In this document: positions 1-9,191 of the stretch, piece by piece
Layout of the letters: each line of letters opens with the position of its first letter
How positions within the stretch are numbered: position 1 is the first letter of the stretch
From: Candidatus Sulfotelmatobacter sp.
GTDB lineage: Bacteria > Acidobacteriota > Terriglobia > Terriglobales > Acidobacteriaceae
DNA: 64,000 bases
Assembly: GCA_050014115.1 (NCBI GenBank)
Contig: JBEKDY010000001.1
Span: 2,369-66,368, forward strand
Direction: 5' to 3'
Notes under the pieces: generated by a model
What the model saw: the letters and a program-made list of their open reading frames with translations, nothing else
Databases searched by the model: none
What the model was told of the DNA's origin: nothing
Position numbers and translations under genes: made by a program

Positions 1-1226
1 TCGTCATGCCCGGCAAAGATGGCCTCACTCTGCTCGAAGAGTTGAAAACGCAGGGCGTGACCACGCCTGTGGTCATGATGTCCGGGCAGGCTCACATCGA
101 GATGGCGGTGCGGGCCACGCGCCTGGGCGCGCTGGACTTTCTGGAAAAGCCGATCTCTAGCGACAAGTTACTGCTCACGGTGGAAAACGCGTTGAAGCTG
201 CAGCGGCTGGAGAGCGAAAACCGGCAACTGCGGCAGAGGCTAGGCAAGCACGAAATCGTGTGGAAGGGTGAGGCCATGCGGCGGGTGATGATACAACTGG
301 AACGCGTGGCCGCCAGCGAAACTCGAGTGTGCATTCTGGGCGAAACGGGGACTGGGAAAGAGTTGGTGGCGCGAACCGTCCATGAAAGGAGCGCTCGTGC
401 CGGCGGCCCGTTTGTCACGCTGAATTGCGCGGCGGTGCCGGCGGAGCTGATTGAGTCGGAACTCTTTGGGCACGAGAAAGGTTCGTTTACGGGCGCGGCG
501 GGACGCCACATCGGCAAGTTCGAACAAGCCGATCACGGCACGATTTTCTTGGATGAAATCGGCGACATGCCCCTGCACATGCAGGCCAAGCTGTTACGGG
601 TACTGGAAGAAGGAGAAGTGGAGCGCATTGGCGGCGATAAGCCGGTGGCGGTGAATGTTCGAGTTTTGGTTGCGACCCATCGCGATCTGGAAGCACGAGT
701 CCGCGAGGAGAAGTTTCGTCAGGATTTGTTTCACCGAATTTACGTTTTCCCGTTGGTTTTGCCGCCGCTGCGTGACCGGCGGGACGACGTTCCGGCGCTG
801 GTCGAACATTTCGCGGAGCAAGTGAGCGTGCAAAACGGGTGGAAGCCGATTCCGTTTGCTCTCGACGCGATGCATGCGCTGCAAGCCTATTCCTGGCCCG
901 GCAACGTTCGCGAGCTGCGCAACATGGTGGAGCGGCTGATGTTGCTGGCGACTGATGGCGAGGTAGATCTCGCGACCGTGCAGTCAGCTCTGCCCAAGTC
1001 GGTTGGCAGCGTACTGCCCGGGGTCATGGCTTTGTCCGGCGCACTGGCCAGTCGTGTGCAATCGTTTGAGCGTGAGGTTATTTTGGCGGAGTTGAAGCGC
1101 AGTCAGCATAACGTGAGCGAGGCAGCGAAATCGCTTGGCCTGGAACGCAGCCACCTGTATAAGAAAGCGGAACAACTCGGAATCGATCTGCGGGCGTTGC
1201 GCCGCGAGCAAGAACCGCAGGATTGA
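1..1226 (+). CDS. sigma-54-dependent response regulator (NtrC family), 5' end cut by window edge
   Basis: Frame is open from base 3. It shows a receiver-domain tail (MPGKDGLTLLEELK) and an AAA+ sigma-54 interaction domain with Walker A GETGTGKE, a GSFTGA (GAFTGA-type) loop and Walker B FLDEIGDM. The C-terminus carries a Fis-type HTH (NVSEAAKSLGLERSHLYKK). Confidence 0.9.
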   Translation, partial: VMPGKDGLTLLEELKTQGVTTPVVMMSGQAHIEMAVRATRLGALDFLEKPISSDKLLLTVENALKLQRLESENRQLRQRLGKHEIVWKGEAMRRVMIQLERVAASETRVCILGETGTGKELVARTVHERSARAGGPFVTLNCAAVPAELIESELFGHEKGSFTGAAGRHIGKFEQADHGTIFLDEIGDMPLHMQAKLLRVLEEGEVERIGGDKPVAVNVRVLVATHRDLEARVREEKFRQDLFHRIYVFPLVLPPLRDRRDDVPALVEHFAEQVSVQNGWKPIPFALDAMHALQAYSWPGNVRELRNMVERLMLLATDGEVDLATVQSALPKSVGSVLPGVMALSGALASRVQSFEREVILAELKRSQHNVSEAAKSLGLERSHLYKKAEQLGIDLRALRREQEPQD

Positions 1227-1236
1227 GCCGTGGTCA

Positions 1237-3351
1237 GTGTTCACCCGCACTTTTCTGGAGACCTCTTTGGCAAGAACAATAGCCGTCTGGTTTCGCTGGT
1301 TGGCGTTTAACATTTGCCCGCTTTACCTTTTTCTCCTCTGCGTTTCTACGCACGATGTTTCCGCGAGTGAGCCGCCAACGCCGCCTACCTACGGGGTGCG
1401 CATGGAGCAGGCCTGGATCCCTATGAAAGATGGCGTCCGACTGGCCGCAACTCTCTACATGCCCGACGGCGCGAAGTCGACTGAGAGGTTCCCTGCCCTG
1501 CTCGAATATCTGCCGTATCGCAAAGATGATGGTACAGCGGCGGGTGACTATCCCAAGCATGCGTATTTCGCGCGGCGAGGATACGTCAGCGTGCGAGTGG
1601 ATATTCGCGGCTTTGGCGCGAGTGAGGGCGCACCGCCAGAGCGCGAATATTCCGAGCAAGAGCAGGTTGACGGCGAGCAGATCATCGCCTGGCTGGCCCG
1701 CCAAAGTTGGTCGAACGGAAATGTCGGAATGTTTGGCATTTCCTGGGGCGGCTTCACGGCGCTGCAGATGGCGATGCGGCATCCGCCCGCGTTGAAAGCG
1801 ATCCTTGCCGTCCACGCTACGGCTGAACTCTTCCACGATGACGTTCACTACGTGGACGGTATCACGCACATTGACGAATTCGAACTGAACATGGACATGG
1901 CTGAGGGCTGGGCGGGCGCTCCCGATTACTCGCTCAGCGAGAAAACTCTGGGCCCGCGCTTTGATTCGCCACCGTGGTCGCTACTCTATCTCAAACATCA
2001 GCACGATGGGCCGTTTTGGCGGGACCGCGTGCGTCCCCTGAGCGAGATTACGATTCCCAGTTTCTTGATCGGCGGACTGCAGGACGGTTACCGCGATAAT
2101 GTTCCCGACATGCTCATGAAGTCCAAAGCGCCGATCAAAGCGATCGTCGGTCCGTGGAATCATTCCTTCCCGAATGAGCCGGACTTCGGTCCGCAAGTCG
2201 AGTGGCGCGACCAAGCCGTACGCTGGTTCGACCATTGGCTCAAAGGCCGCGACACCGGCGTGGAGCATGACCCCAGGCTCGCGATCTATATACAGCATTG
2301 GCATCCTCCGGATCCGAACTTGCAGAACGTTCCCGGCGAGTGGCGGCGCGAGGATGCGTGGCCGCCGGCGGATGCGAAGGCCACGATATTGTTTTTGCAG
2401 ACCAATCACACGCTGGCGGACTCAGCGGCCGCTCCAGATAACCACGAGCTGAAATATATTCCTTCGGTCGGCGTAGAAGCTGGATTCTGGTGGGGCGAGT
2501 TGCTGAGCGATCCGCGGCCGGTGGACGCGTTCAGCCTGGTTTATGATTCCGCGCCTCTCCAGGATGAAGTCGCGATCCTGGGGCGCCCACATGCCCGCTT
2601 GCGGGCGTCCGCGAATGCTCCGCTGGCCGATTGGTTTGCCCGCCTTTCGGACGTAGCGCCCGACGGCACGGTCACGCAGATTACAGGCGCAGGACTGAAT
2701 GGCGCACAACGGGAGTCGATGACCGAACCGCGCGATCTGGAGCCGGGTAAAGTTTATGCGCTCGATATTGAGATGCATTTGACGTCGTGGATTTTTCCCA
2801 AGGGGCATCGCATCCGCGTCGCGATTTCAAATGCATTGTGGCCGATGATGTTGCCGACGCCATATGCCATGACCACTTCATTGGAACTGGGCGGGAGCGA
2901 AGGATCCAGGCTGGTGCTTCCTGTGGTCCCGGTGCACGGTGCAATACCGCCCGCGTTCTCGCCGCCCGAGCCTTCCGAAGAGCGCACTGACATAAAGAGT
3001 GAAGGCTTCCCCTGGCCCGGCGAGTGGACCGTGGAGCGCGACGAAGCCCGGCAGAAAACTACCGTGCACTGGAAGGGTAAGGATGGATACGAATATCCTT
3101 GGGGAAAACAGGATGACTTCGAGAACCTGACTTACGACGCGGATGACGCCCATCCCGAGACTTGCTCGGTTCGCGGGGAGGCGGAAAGCATCTTCACCCT
3201 GAAGGGACGCACCTTGATTTGGAGAGGATATCTTCTGGTCACGACCGACCAGAAGAATTTTTACTACAAGTACACACGCGAGTTATTGAAAGACGGCCAG
3301 ATGATCAAGTCGAAGACATGGCAGGAGACGATCCCACGGGATCATCAATAA
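1237..3351 (+). CDS. CocE/NonD family hydrolase (X-Pro dipeptidyl-peptidase S15-like), probably secreted
   Basis: Motifs MEQAWIPMKDGVRLAATLYMPDG and LLEYLPYRKDD, nucleophile elbow GISWGG, long C-terminal beta-sandwich region. A hydrophobic N-terminal segment (LAFNICPLYLFLLCVS) looks like a signal peptide. The ATG at 1135 lies inside the upstream gene, so I chose the GTG at 1237. The start is uncertain. Confidence 0.8.
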   Translation: MFTRTFLETSLARTIAVWFRWLAFNICPLYLFLLCVSTHDVSASEPPTPPTYGVRMEQAWIPMKDGVRLAATLYMPDGAKSTERFPALLEYLPYRKDDGTAAGDYPKHAYFARRGYVSVRVDIRGFGASEGAPPEREYSEQEQVDGEQIIAWLARQSWSNGNVGMFGISWGGFTALQMAMRHPPALKAILAVHATAELFHDDVHYVDGITHIDEFELNMDMAEGWAGAPDYSLSEKTLGPRFDSPPWSLLYLKHQHDGPFWRDRVRPLSEITIPSFLIGGLQDGYRDNVPDMLMKSKAPIKAIVGPWNHSFPNEPDFGPQVEWRDQAVRWFDHWLKGRDTGVEHDPRLAIYIQHWHPPDPNLQNVPGEWRREDAWPPADAKATILFLQTNHTLADSAAAPDNHELKYIPSVGVEAGFWWGELLSDPRPVDAFSLVYDSAPLQDEVAILGRPHARLRASANAPLADWFARLSDVAPDGTVTQITGAGLNGAQRESMTEPRDLEPGKVYALDIEMHLTSWIFPKGHRIRVAISNALWPMMLPTPYAMTTSLELGGSEGSRLVLPVVPVHGAIPPAFSPPEPSEERTDIKSEGFPWPGEWTVERDEARQKTTVHWKGKDGYEYPWGKQDDFENLTYDADDAHPETCSVRGEAESIFTLKGRTLIWRGYLLVTTDQKNFYYKYTRELLKDGQMIKSKTWQETIPRDHQ

Positions 3352-3360
3352 CTTTCTGGA

Positions 3361-3383
3361 GAGACGTTGCCTTGCAACGTCTC
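3361..3383. terminator. perfect 10-bp stem / 3-nt loop hairpin between convergent genes
   Basis: gagacgttgc-ctt-gcaacgtctc lies between the CocE/NonD stop (3351) and the Rieske gene stop (3413). There is no T-tract, so it may be a REP-like palindrome rather than a classical intrinsic terminator. Confidence 0.4.
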
Positions 3384-3412
3384 TACGAAATACCACCATC
3401 ATCGGAAATAAC

Positions 3413-4543
3413 TCAGTCGGCTGCCGCCGATGAGACTGCAGAACTGCTCTTCAGATCTGCCGCCAGCAAACGGTGGAACAACTGCTCGCCGGCCTCGCGG
3501 CGGACCGAGAGCCGTCCCGCGCCGTAGGCTCGCGATTTAAGCCCTCGCTGCACGTCTTCGCAAATACCCAGATCTTCTTCCTGCACGCGGTTGCCCACGT
3601 TAACCGACTCCGTATTGTAGGCGAGCTTCGACTCGCTCACGTCACCAAAATAAAAGTCGAAAATTACGGTACAGTGGTCCGCATCCACCGGGATGACATA
3701 GTTGGTGTCCATGTATCCCTCGTAGCAGTTGATCATCAGATTGGGATATTGCCAGAAATACCACGCGCGGTCACCCTTTCGCGTAGCGCCCGTAGCCGCA
3801 TCTTCGTCCGAGGAAACCATCGGACTCGACTGCAGACAGTAGCGGTCTTCGTTCTCAATGGTGTACTGCTTGTAATCAAGTACAGAGTTCAGGCCTTTGT
3901 GCAGATGCGGCACGTGGTAGCCGCCGTCGAGATAGTTATCGACGAACACTTTCCAATTGCAGTGGATATTGAAAGTTCGGCGATCAAAAAAATGAAGCTT
4001 GCCGATGCCGAGAGGCGCCACGCGTCCGACTAGCCCACCGAGAAACTCGCGCAGCGGCACGGCCTGAAGATCAAGATTTACAAAGACAAAACACTCCCAA
4101 GTCTCGACGCGGATGGGCACGAGGCCATTCTGAGCGCGATCAAAATTCTCCACCCCATCGAACTCGGGCATACCTTTCAGCGATCCATCCAGACCGTACT
4201 TCCAGCCATGATAAGGACACTGCAAAATGGAAGCTTGCCCGCAGGGTTGCGTGACAACTGCAGCCGCGTGATGGCGGCAAACGTTGTAGAATCCGCGCAG
4301 TTCGCCGTCACTGCCGCGAACCACGACGATCGGCTCTCCAGCCACAGTTGTCGCGACGAACTGTCCCTCCGTCGCAACTTGCTCCGTGCGCGCCACGAGC
4401 TGCCACGTCTTGCTGAATACCTGCAGACGTTCAAGTTCCGCGATTCGAGGGTCGATATACCAGGGCGCGGGAATAGTGGACGCTTCCGAGAGAGGCGCAC
4501 GGTCGTTGTAGCTTGCGAGAATGTTCTCCACAGAGGCTGGCAT
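3413..4543 (-). CDS. Rieske [2Fe-2S] non-haem-iron oxygenase alpha subunit (choline monooxygenase / GbcA-like class)
   Basis: Rieske motif CRHH...(17 aa)...CPYHGW. Mononuclear-iron motif NWKVFVDNYLDGGYHVPHLH. About 376 aa with a single catalytic subunit and no adjacent reductase or beta subunit. Confidence 0.85.
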   Translation of the reverse strand: MPASVENILASYNDRAPLSEASTIPAPWYIDPRIAELERLQVFSKTWQLVARTEQVATEGQFVATTVAGEPIVVVRGSDGELRGFYNVCRHHAAAVVTQPCGQASILQCPYHGWKYGLDGSLKGMPEFDGVENFDRAQNGLVPIRVETWECFVFVNLDLQAVPLREFLGGLVGRVAPLGIGKLHFFDRRTFNIHCNWKVFVDNYLDGGYHVPHLHKGLNSVLDYKQYTIENEDRYCLQSSPMVSSDEDAATGATRKGDRAWYFWQYPNLMINCYEGYMDTNYVIPVDADHCTVIFDFYFGDVSESKLAYNTESVNVGNRVQEEDLGICEDVQRGLKSRAYGAGRLSVRREAGEQLFHRLLAADLKSSSAVSSAAAD

Positions 4544-4546
4544 CGT

Positions 4547-5344
4547 CTAGGCTCGATTCGTTCTTATTGTCACTTTCGCGACATGTTTTTGCGGGCGTCG
4601 TGCGTTGGACGACTCCTTGACGGCAATCTCCTTGATAACTTCAGCCCGTGAAGCGGCGGCCGGAGCGGCCCCGATCGCCCGTTGCAACACGGACAAGAAC
4701 TGCTGAATTCTGGCTTCTTTCTTCTCGGCTAGTTCCCCCTGACGGCGAAACAGTCCGGGATCCAACTCCGCAGTCAACAACGCATCCTGGAAGCGTTCCA
4801 TGGTCCAATCCAATATGGAAACGATCATTTCCACGTCCATATCTTTACGCAGCTCGCGACGATCCAATCCGAATCGCACAAACAGCACCGTCCCGTAAGG
4901 ATCCTCGGTGATCAAAAAACGGTTGATTTCCCGCCTCAGATTCAGATCCGTCCCGTAGTTTCCGAGCAACGCGATCCGGTAAGGAATCCAATCTTCGCGT
5001 AACAGGTGTTCGGTGCGGGTAAGCCAATAATGCAGCACCGCGAAAAAGCCGCCGGCTCGAACTTCCGGAGGCGCGTCCAGATATTTAGGAAACGAGCGCA
5101 CGGCCCGCTTATACACCTCGAAGAACAAACCATCCTTGCTGCCGAAATGTTGAAAAACCGAACCCTTGGCGATTCCAAGACCCGAAGCGATATCGCCGAC
5201 GCGAGCCGCGTGATAACCATGCTCGGCGAAATGCTGCATGGCGGCCTCGACGATGCGGCTGCGCTTGGCGTCGGACCGCGGACGCGCCGGGGTAACAGCC
5301 TGGTAAAGCGGCGGCGCTGCTCGATTGCTGGCGATTCCTGACAT
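4547..5344 (-). CDS. TetR/AcrR family transcriptional regulator
   Basis: N-terminal HTH (RIVEAAMQHFAEHGYHAARVGDIASGLGIAKGSVFQHFGSKDGLF). Its stop lies 3 nt upstream of the Rieske gene ATG, so the two are probably co-transcribed. Confidence 0.85.
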   Translation of the reverse strand: MSGIASNRAAPPLYQAVTPARPRSDAKRSRIVEAAMQHFAEHGYHAARVGDIASGLGIAKGSVFQHFGSKDGLFFEVYKRAVRSFPKYLDAPPEVRAGGFFAVLHYWLTRTEHLLREDWIPYRIALLGNYGTDLNLRREINRFLITEDPYGTVLFVRFGLDRRELRKDMDVEMIVSILDWTMERFQDALLTAELDPGLFRRQGELAEKKEARIQQFLSVLQRAIGAAPAAASRAEVIKEIAVKESSNARRPQKHVAKVTIRTNRA

Positions 5345-5348
5345 AGAA

Positions 5349-5363
5349 GTGACTTTAAGTCAT
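5349..5363. promoter_or_regulatory. candidate TetR operator box 1 (inverted repeat TGACTT-T-AAGTCA)
   Basis: gtgactttaagtcat contains a perfect 6-1-6 palindrome and begins 5 nt upstream of the TetR start codon. A related 15-mer lies exactly 100 bp away (5449-5463). Confidence 0.35.
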
Positions 5364-5448
5364 GGAAGCATATAAGAGACGCTAGCAAATTTCAACTTCA
5401 TTTTCATTGATGATTCCGGTAATGTGATCAAGTTCGTGAGCGCACGCA

Positions 5449-5463
5449 GTGACTGCAGGTCAT
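5449..5463. promoter_or_regulatory. candidate TetR operator box 2 (TGAC-N5-GTCA)
   Basis: gtgactgcaggtcat matches box 1 at 11 of 15 positions. It overlaps the GTG start of the divergent FAD oxidoreductase gene. Confidence 0.3.
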
Positions 5464-7083
5464 AATCCAATTCAAACCGCGAAGCAAGTTTACGATGCAA
5501 TTGTAGTCGGCGCCGGCCACAACGGATTAACCGCGGCGGCGTATCTGGCGCGCGCCGGACTTTCCGTCCTGGTGCTCGAGCGCCGGGAAATCGTGGGTGG
5601 ATGCTGCGTCACCGAAGAGATCGCGCCGGGCTGCCGCGTTTCCACCACATCTTACATTGCCAGCATGCTGCGTCCAGAGGTGATTTCCGAACTGCGGCTG
5701 GCGGATTACGGTTTGCGCATGATTCCCTGCGACCCTGCGATACAGGTTCCCTTCCCCGATGGCCACGTCGTCCCCTGGTGGGCCGATCGGGAACGGGCTC
5801 GGCAAGAGTTCGCCAGGATTTCGCCAAAAGATGCGGCCCGCTTCGTGCAAGTGGACGAGCAACTCAAAAAGCTGGCGCGCTATTTGCAGCCGTTCTTCAT
5901 GGAGCCCCCGCCTGAGGTCGATGCCTCTTCGATGAAAGGCTGGATCAGTCTGTTTCGCACCGGCCGTCGCTTTCGGGGAATTACGAATACTGAAGTTGCG
6001 CAACTTGTTTCGTTCTTGTCTGGCAGCCTGGGGGAATTTCTCGACCACAACTACGAGTCGGAAAAACTAAAGACCATGTTCCTTGCCAACAACGTTTATG
6101 GCAAGCATGGAGGACCTTACCAGCCGGGGACAGCGATCGGATTGCTTTTTCATTTGCTCAGCGGCGGAGAGCACGAGTTGCAAGGCTTCTACGGACACGT
6201 GATGGGCGGGATGGGGTCGATCACTCAGGCGCTGGCTGCAGCGGGGCGCAAGCTTGGAGCGGAGATTCAAACATCGGCATCAGTGGCGCGAATTGACGTC
6301 CGCAACGGTCGCGCCCGCGCGGTCGTGCTCGAGGACGGCACCGAGCTGCGAGCACGCATGGTTCTATCGAACGCTGACCCCAAACGAACTTTCCTTGGCC
6401 TGGTCGCGGTGTCGGATCTGTCCGAGGACTTTCGTTCAGCGATTCAAGGCATCAAGATGCAGGGTCCGTGCGCCAAAGTGAACATGGTGCTGGCCGAGGA
6501 ACCGCGCTTCACGGGGACCTCCCCGCAGGCCACCCCTCTGGAGCGCACCTTCTACACGCTGGTTCCTTCGCTCGAGTTTGCTGAGCGGTGTTATGACATT
6601 GCCAAGTTTGGCGAGATCCCCGAAGAACTTTGGGTGGACTGCGTGGTCTCATCCAACGCCGACGATTCGCTGGCGCCGTCGGGCAAGCACATCCTCACCT
6701 GCTTTGTGCAATATGTTCCTTATCGTTTGCGCGAAGGCAACTGGGACGAGAAACGGGAATTGCTCGGCGACCGCGTAGTGAAGAAGATCGCTGAATATGC
6801 TCCCAACGTGCCTGGCGCGATCGTGGCGCGGCAGGTGCTAACGCCGCTGGATCTGGAACGAACCTATGGATTGACCGAAGGAAATATTTTCCACGGCGAT
6901 CTCCGGCTGGAGCAACTCTTTTTCATGCGTCCGGTGCCGGGCTGGGCGCAGTATCGGACGCCGGTCGAGGGGCTTTATCTCTGCGGGGCGGGGGCGCACC
7001 CTGGTGGCGGCGTAACCGGAGCACCAGGGCGCAATGCAGCACATCAGGCATTGCGCGATTGGAAGAATGGGCAATTCAACTAA
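5449..7083 (+). CDS. NAD(P)/FAD-dependent oxidoreductase, phytoene-desaturase (CrtI)-like family
   Basis: N-terminal dinucleotide-binding fold YDAIVVGAGHNGLTAAAYLARAGLSVLVLE. Length of 544 aa and a C-terminal GLYLCGAGAHPGGGVTG motif are typical of the family. GTG start. Confidence 0.8.
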   Translation: MTAGHNPIQTAKQVYDAIVVGAGHNGLTAAAYLARAGLSVLVLERREIVGGCCVTEEIAPGCRVSTTSYIASMLRPEVISELRLADYGLRMIPCDPAIQVPFPDGHVVPWWADRERARQEFARISPKDAARFVQVDEQLKKLARYLQPFFMEPPPEVDASSMKGWISLFRTGRRFRGITNTEVAQLVSFLSGSLGEFLDHNYESEKLKTMFLANNVYGKHGGPYQPGTAIGLLFHLLSGGEHELQGFYGHVMGGMGSITQALAAAGRKLGAEIQTSASVARIDVRNGRARAVVLEDGTELRARMVLSNADPKRTFLGLVAVSDLSEDFRSAIQGIKMQGPCAKVNMVLAEEPRFTGTSPQATPLERTFYTLVPSLEFAERCYDIAKFGEIPEELWVDCVVSSNADDSLAPSGKHILTCFVQYVPYRLREGNWDEKRELLGDRVVKKIAEYAPNVPGAIVARQVLTPLDLERTYGLTEGNIFHGDLRLEQLFFMRPVPGWAQYRTPVEGLYLCGAGAHPGGGVTGAPGRNAAHQALRDWKNGQFN

Positions 7084-7155
7084 GTCAGAAATTTCGCTTG
7101 ATTCCGGAGCTTCGAAAGCAGCAATTTAGCAGTGGAATTCTCAGGAGCATATGAC

Positions 7156-8157
7156 ATGAAGAAAAAAGGCATTCTCGATCGGCTGAAGGAAGGCCCCGTT
7201 CTGGGTGACGGTGGGTATTTGTTGGAACTGGAAAAGCGTGGCTGGGTGCGCGCGGGTCCGTTTACGCCCGAAGTGGTGTTGACGCACCCGGAAGCGTTGC
7301 GCGAACTGCATGTAGAATTTCGCGAGGCGGGGTCGGAGGTGCTGCAGGCCCTCACATTCTATGCCAGCAGAGATAAGTTAGCCACAGTCGGCCTGGAGAA
7401 CCGCATCGATGAACTGAATCGCACTGCGGTTCGCATTGCCCGCGAAGTTGCCGGAGACCGCTGCCTCGTCGCGGGCAACCTCAGCCTGACATGGATGTAC
7501 GAGCCGGGCAGCCCGTCGGCCGCCGATCGCGTACGAAAAACTTTCGACGAGCAACTTGCAGTGCAGGTCGACGAAGGCGTGGACTTCATTATCGGTGAGA
7601 CGTTTTCCTGGCTGGGAGAAGCGCTCATCGCTGTCGAACGCGCGAAGAAAACCGGGTTGCCCGCAATGGTCACTATCTGCTTTGAAAATAAGGATGAGAC
7701 CGCAGAAGGCAAGACCGCAGCCGACGCGGCCAAAGCGCTGTTCGACGCCGGCGCCGATATTGTCGGCATGAATTGCCTGCGCCCGCCGCAGCACATTCTG
7801 GGCCCCATGGAGCAGATGCGAAAAGCAGTTCCGGGATTCTTGGCGTGTCAACCGGTCGCGTATCGCACTTCCGCGGACAAACCTGACTTCACCAGTCTGC
7901 CCGAGTTTCCTTACGCGCTTGATCCTTTACAACTCACGCGCAAGGAAATGGCGGACTACGCGCTGCAGGCGCGAGATGTCGGGATTAACTTCATCGGAGC
8001 TTGTTGCGGCACTGTGGCCATGCACATCCGCGAGATGGCGCGCGTGTTGAACAAGCTTCCGGAAGATTCGCGCGTCTGGAAAAAAGGCGGCGAGAAACCG
8101 ATGTCTGCCTACGAATACTACGACCACGACAATCTCAAAGCTGGCTCCGCAAAGTAG
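7156..8157 (+). CDS. bhmt: betaine-homocysteine S-methyltransferase (BHMT-type Hcy-binding domain protein)
   Basis: The N-terminus KKGILDRLKEGPVLGDGGYLLELEKRGWVRAGPFTPEVVLTHPEALRELHVEFREAGSEVLQALTFYASRDKL closely resembles animal BHMT. Zn-ligand cysteines are present (GMNC and GACCG). AGGAG lies 8 nt upstream of the ATG at 7156. Confidence 0.85.
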   Translation: MKKKGILDRLKEGPVLGDGGYLLELEKRGWVRAGPFTPEVVLTHPEALRELHVEFREAGSEVLQALTFYASRDKLATVGLENRIDELNRTAVRIAREVAGDRCLVAGNLSLTWMYEPGSPSAADRVRKTFDEQLAVQVDEGVDFIIGETFSWLGEALIAVERAKKTGLPAMVTICFENKDETAEGKTAADAAKALFDAGADIVGMNCLRPPQHILGPMEQMRKAVPGFLACQPVAYRTSADKPDFTSLPEFPYALDPLQLTRKEMADYALQARDVGINFIGACCGTVAMHIREMARVLNKLPEDSRVWKKGGEKPMSAYEYYDHDNLKAGSAK

Positions 8158-8208
8158 ACATGCTCCAGACCGGCTGGCGCTTTTCAGGGAAAGTGCCTCA
8201 TAAAAGAA

Positions 8209-8234
8209 GGGCCCGGTTCGCCGGGCCCTTTTTT
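8209..8234. terminator. intrinsic terminator between convergent bhmt and dps
   Basis: gggcccgg-ttcg-ccgggccc followed by tttttt, preceded by an A-rich run, so it could act in both directions. Confidence 0.7.
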
Positions 8235-8269
8235 CCAAGTGTCCGCGGATCCAAGTTGTCCGGCGTTCG

Positions 8270-8890
8270 TTACCCGGCGTTCCGCACTCGCGGATCTTCC
8301 GCCCGCACCAGAGGAGCATCCACGAGATGCTCACTCAGGAACCAGGCCTGCAGTTCGTTGGGCCGCAGCACGTTGCTCACCACCAGGTCATTGGTGCCGT
8401 CATCGCCGAGTTGGGAAGCGAGTCGCGCCAGCTTGCGACTATGGCGAACCAGAATCTGATGCGCGTCCAGCAACCGTGAAATCTGGACGGGAACCTCTTC
8501 CCTGCCTCGCGGTGGACGTTCAATGCGAGTGGTTTCCGCCACATCTGCAGCCATGGCCAATGAGACGCCACCGAGCAACTGTATCCGCTCTGCGATGGCG
8601 TCTACAATCTCGACCTGCTCGTCATAATGCTTGTCGAAAAGAAGGTGAAGTTGATAAAACGTTGCGCCCGACACCTGCCAATGCGACTTTTTATACAGAT
8701 CGCGCAGGGTCATAGTATCGGCCAGCAACAGGTTGAGTTGTTCCGTCATTTCCAGCCGCACCGGTTCTTCGAGTTCCAGCGGTTGCATATGTGAAACGGT
8801 GCCGTAGGCTTGTAGCTCTGCAGCAGTTTGATGAAAGCGGGGTTCGGCGCTGATCAGTGCTTGGCGCGTAGAAGCATTCTTCTTGCGCAT
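8270..8890 (-). CDS. dps: Dps family DNA-protection/ferritin-like protein
   Basis: 206 aa starting at MRKKNAST. Motifs LNLLLADTMTLRDLYKKSHWQVSGATFYQLHLLFDKHYDEQVEIVDAIAERIQLLGG. GGAGGG lies upstream of the ATG at 8890. The longer track ORF running to 9262 would run into the tRNA gene. Confidence 0.9.
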   Translation of the reverse strand: MRKKNASTRQALISAEPRFHQTAAELQAYGTVSHMQPLELEEPVRLEMTEQLNLLLADTMTLRDLYKKSHWQVSGATFYQLHLLFDKHYDEQVEIVDAIAERIQLLGGVSLAMAADVAETTRIERPPRGREEVPVQISRLLDAHQILVRHSRKLARLASQLGDDGTNDLVVSNVLRPNELQAWFLSEHLVDAPLVRAEDPRVRNAG

Positions 8891-9191
8891 GTTTATTCCC
8901 TCCGTAGTCTTCCTGGAATTTTGGCCCCGGTGCGCAACTCGCAAGTAGGTCGCTTTTGAGCTCTTCCGCAAAGCCGACCGAAAGCGCTGCCGCCTCCGGC
9001 GGCGTTTCTCCTGCCTCGAGCCACTTCCGTTTGGATGCTCGGAAACGGAAGAAGGTGCTCTTTCGACACAATCGAAACAGCCTCGAAACAAAATCAGATC
9101 AGCGATCCGCCACGGATCCCGTCGGCCAAACGATGCCGGCCCGATTCCGCGTAATATCCCGCAGTTTCTCACAGGACAGTTTTGTTCCCGT

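Noticed and set aside
1135-1236. Upstream ATG start for the CocE/NonD gene
   Set aside because: It lies inside the 3' end of the NtrC-family gene. The encoded 34 residues are Arg/Cys-rich and precede the signal-peptide-like segment. The GTG at 1237 is preferred, though unproven.
1289-1310. TGGCGTTTAACATTTGCC as a sigma-54 promoter downstream of the NtrC-family gene
   Set aside because: The GG to GC spacing is two nucleotides too long, and the site lies inside the probable signal-peptide coding region of the CocE/NonD gene.
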